Of a stretch of DNA of 64,000 nucleotides, positions 63,377-64,000 are shown one piece after another. Where the stretch lies: contig MU054323.1 in assembly GCA_013239625.1 (NCBI GenBank), positions 3,088,161 through 3,152,160 of the forward strand. The letters run 5' to 3'. The notes under the pieces are model-generated. The model was not told the origin of the DNA, searched no databases, and saw nothing but the letters and a program-made list of their open reading frames with translations. Both the position numbers and the translations under genes were made by a program. The DNA comes from Lama guanicoe (lineage: Eukaryota). The first letter of the stretch is position 1; each line of letters opens with the position of its first letter.

Positions 63377-64000
63377 GTGCTCCACAGTACAACGCAGCAG
63401 GACAGGAGCTGGTGGAGCAGCAGCAGGCTGGGGCTGTGGACCCTCCAGTCCAGAAGCAGGAGCCAGCCTGCTGCCCTGGTGCCAAGGGCCCATCAGCTGA
63501 GCAAGACCGGCCTGACTCAGGCCCTGTGGGGCCAGAGTGGCTCCTGTCAAGATGCCTGTGGTCTAGGGAGCAAAAAGAGGAAGAGCCAGGTTTACCCCAG
63601 ACTGAGGGGGTTCCTGGGATGCTAGACTTCTGGTCTCAAAGCCAAGAAAGTCCTAGGCAAACCAGGGCAAGCTGGTCACCCTATAGGGAGCTTAGGTGTG
63701 AGGGCAAGGAAAGACCTGGACTCTCTAGGAGCTTTGACTCCAGCCTAATTTAAGTCAGGACTCATCCCTTTTGGTGAAATAGAAATAAATGCCAATTTTG
63801 ATGGGCTATCATGAGGCTTGAAGAGATATCATGAGAATTCAGGGAAAACAGCAGGCATTTGTCTAAGGAGAAGGTTCTCTAAGCAGTCCCTAGTCCCCGC
63901 CCCTCCTCCCAGCAGGTTGCTTCAGATTTGTGGGAATTAAGCTGCTTCTTCCCATACTTGCAAGTCAAATTATAACAGCACCAAAGGGGGTGGAAACACT

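Noticed and set aside
1..64000. CRISPR arrays, operons, rRNA, known miRNA hairpins, or a named host gene
   Set aside because: The sequence is mammalian; I saw no repeat-spacer array, no rRNA, no match to the mature miRNAs I checked from memory, and no coding exon that would justify a gene symbol

Overview
Mammalian, non-coding genomic DNA, most likely from a camelid (alpaca, llama or camel): three copies of a tRNA-derived SINE of the camelid vic-1 type are present, two with clear target-site duplications (TSDs). I recognise no host protein-coding exon. The ORF track is almost entirely chance ORFs in GC-rich DNA; the exceptions are transposon remnants (L1 ORF2 at 35.1-35.6 kb, hAT transposase at 26.2-27.9 kb, and ERVL-type gag at 19.7-20.4 kb, which I read by hand). 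The GC-rich flanks (1-19 kb, 36-64 kb) are rich in regulatory motifs: AP-1 sites, three good CTCF motifs, a small CpG island at 54.8 kb and several CCAAT/GC-box promoter-like cassettes. They surround a repeat-dense core (19-36 kb) holding an ERVL/MaLR internal fossil, MLT1/MLT2 LTRs, a near-complete hAT-Blackjack-type transposase fossil, an L2 interrupted by an old L1, and a young 5'-truncated L1. Several promoter-plus-splice-donor cassettes and short stop-containing exons point to a minus-strand transcription unit with alternative first exons (the 5' region of a gene whose coding exons lie left of the window, or a lncRNA). That is inference and I cannot name the gene. There is one assembly gap (40387-40503). 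I found no convincing evidence of a novel biological system. Repeat family names come from my recall of consensus sequences and their boundaries are approximate.
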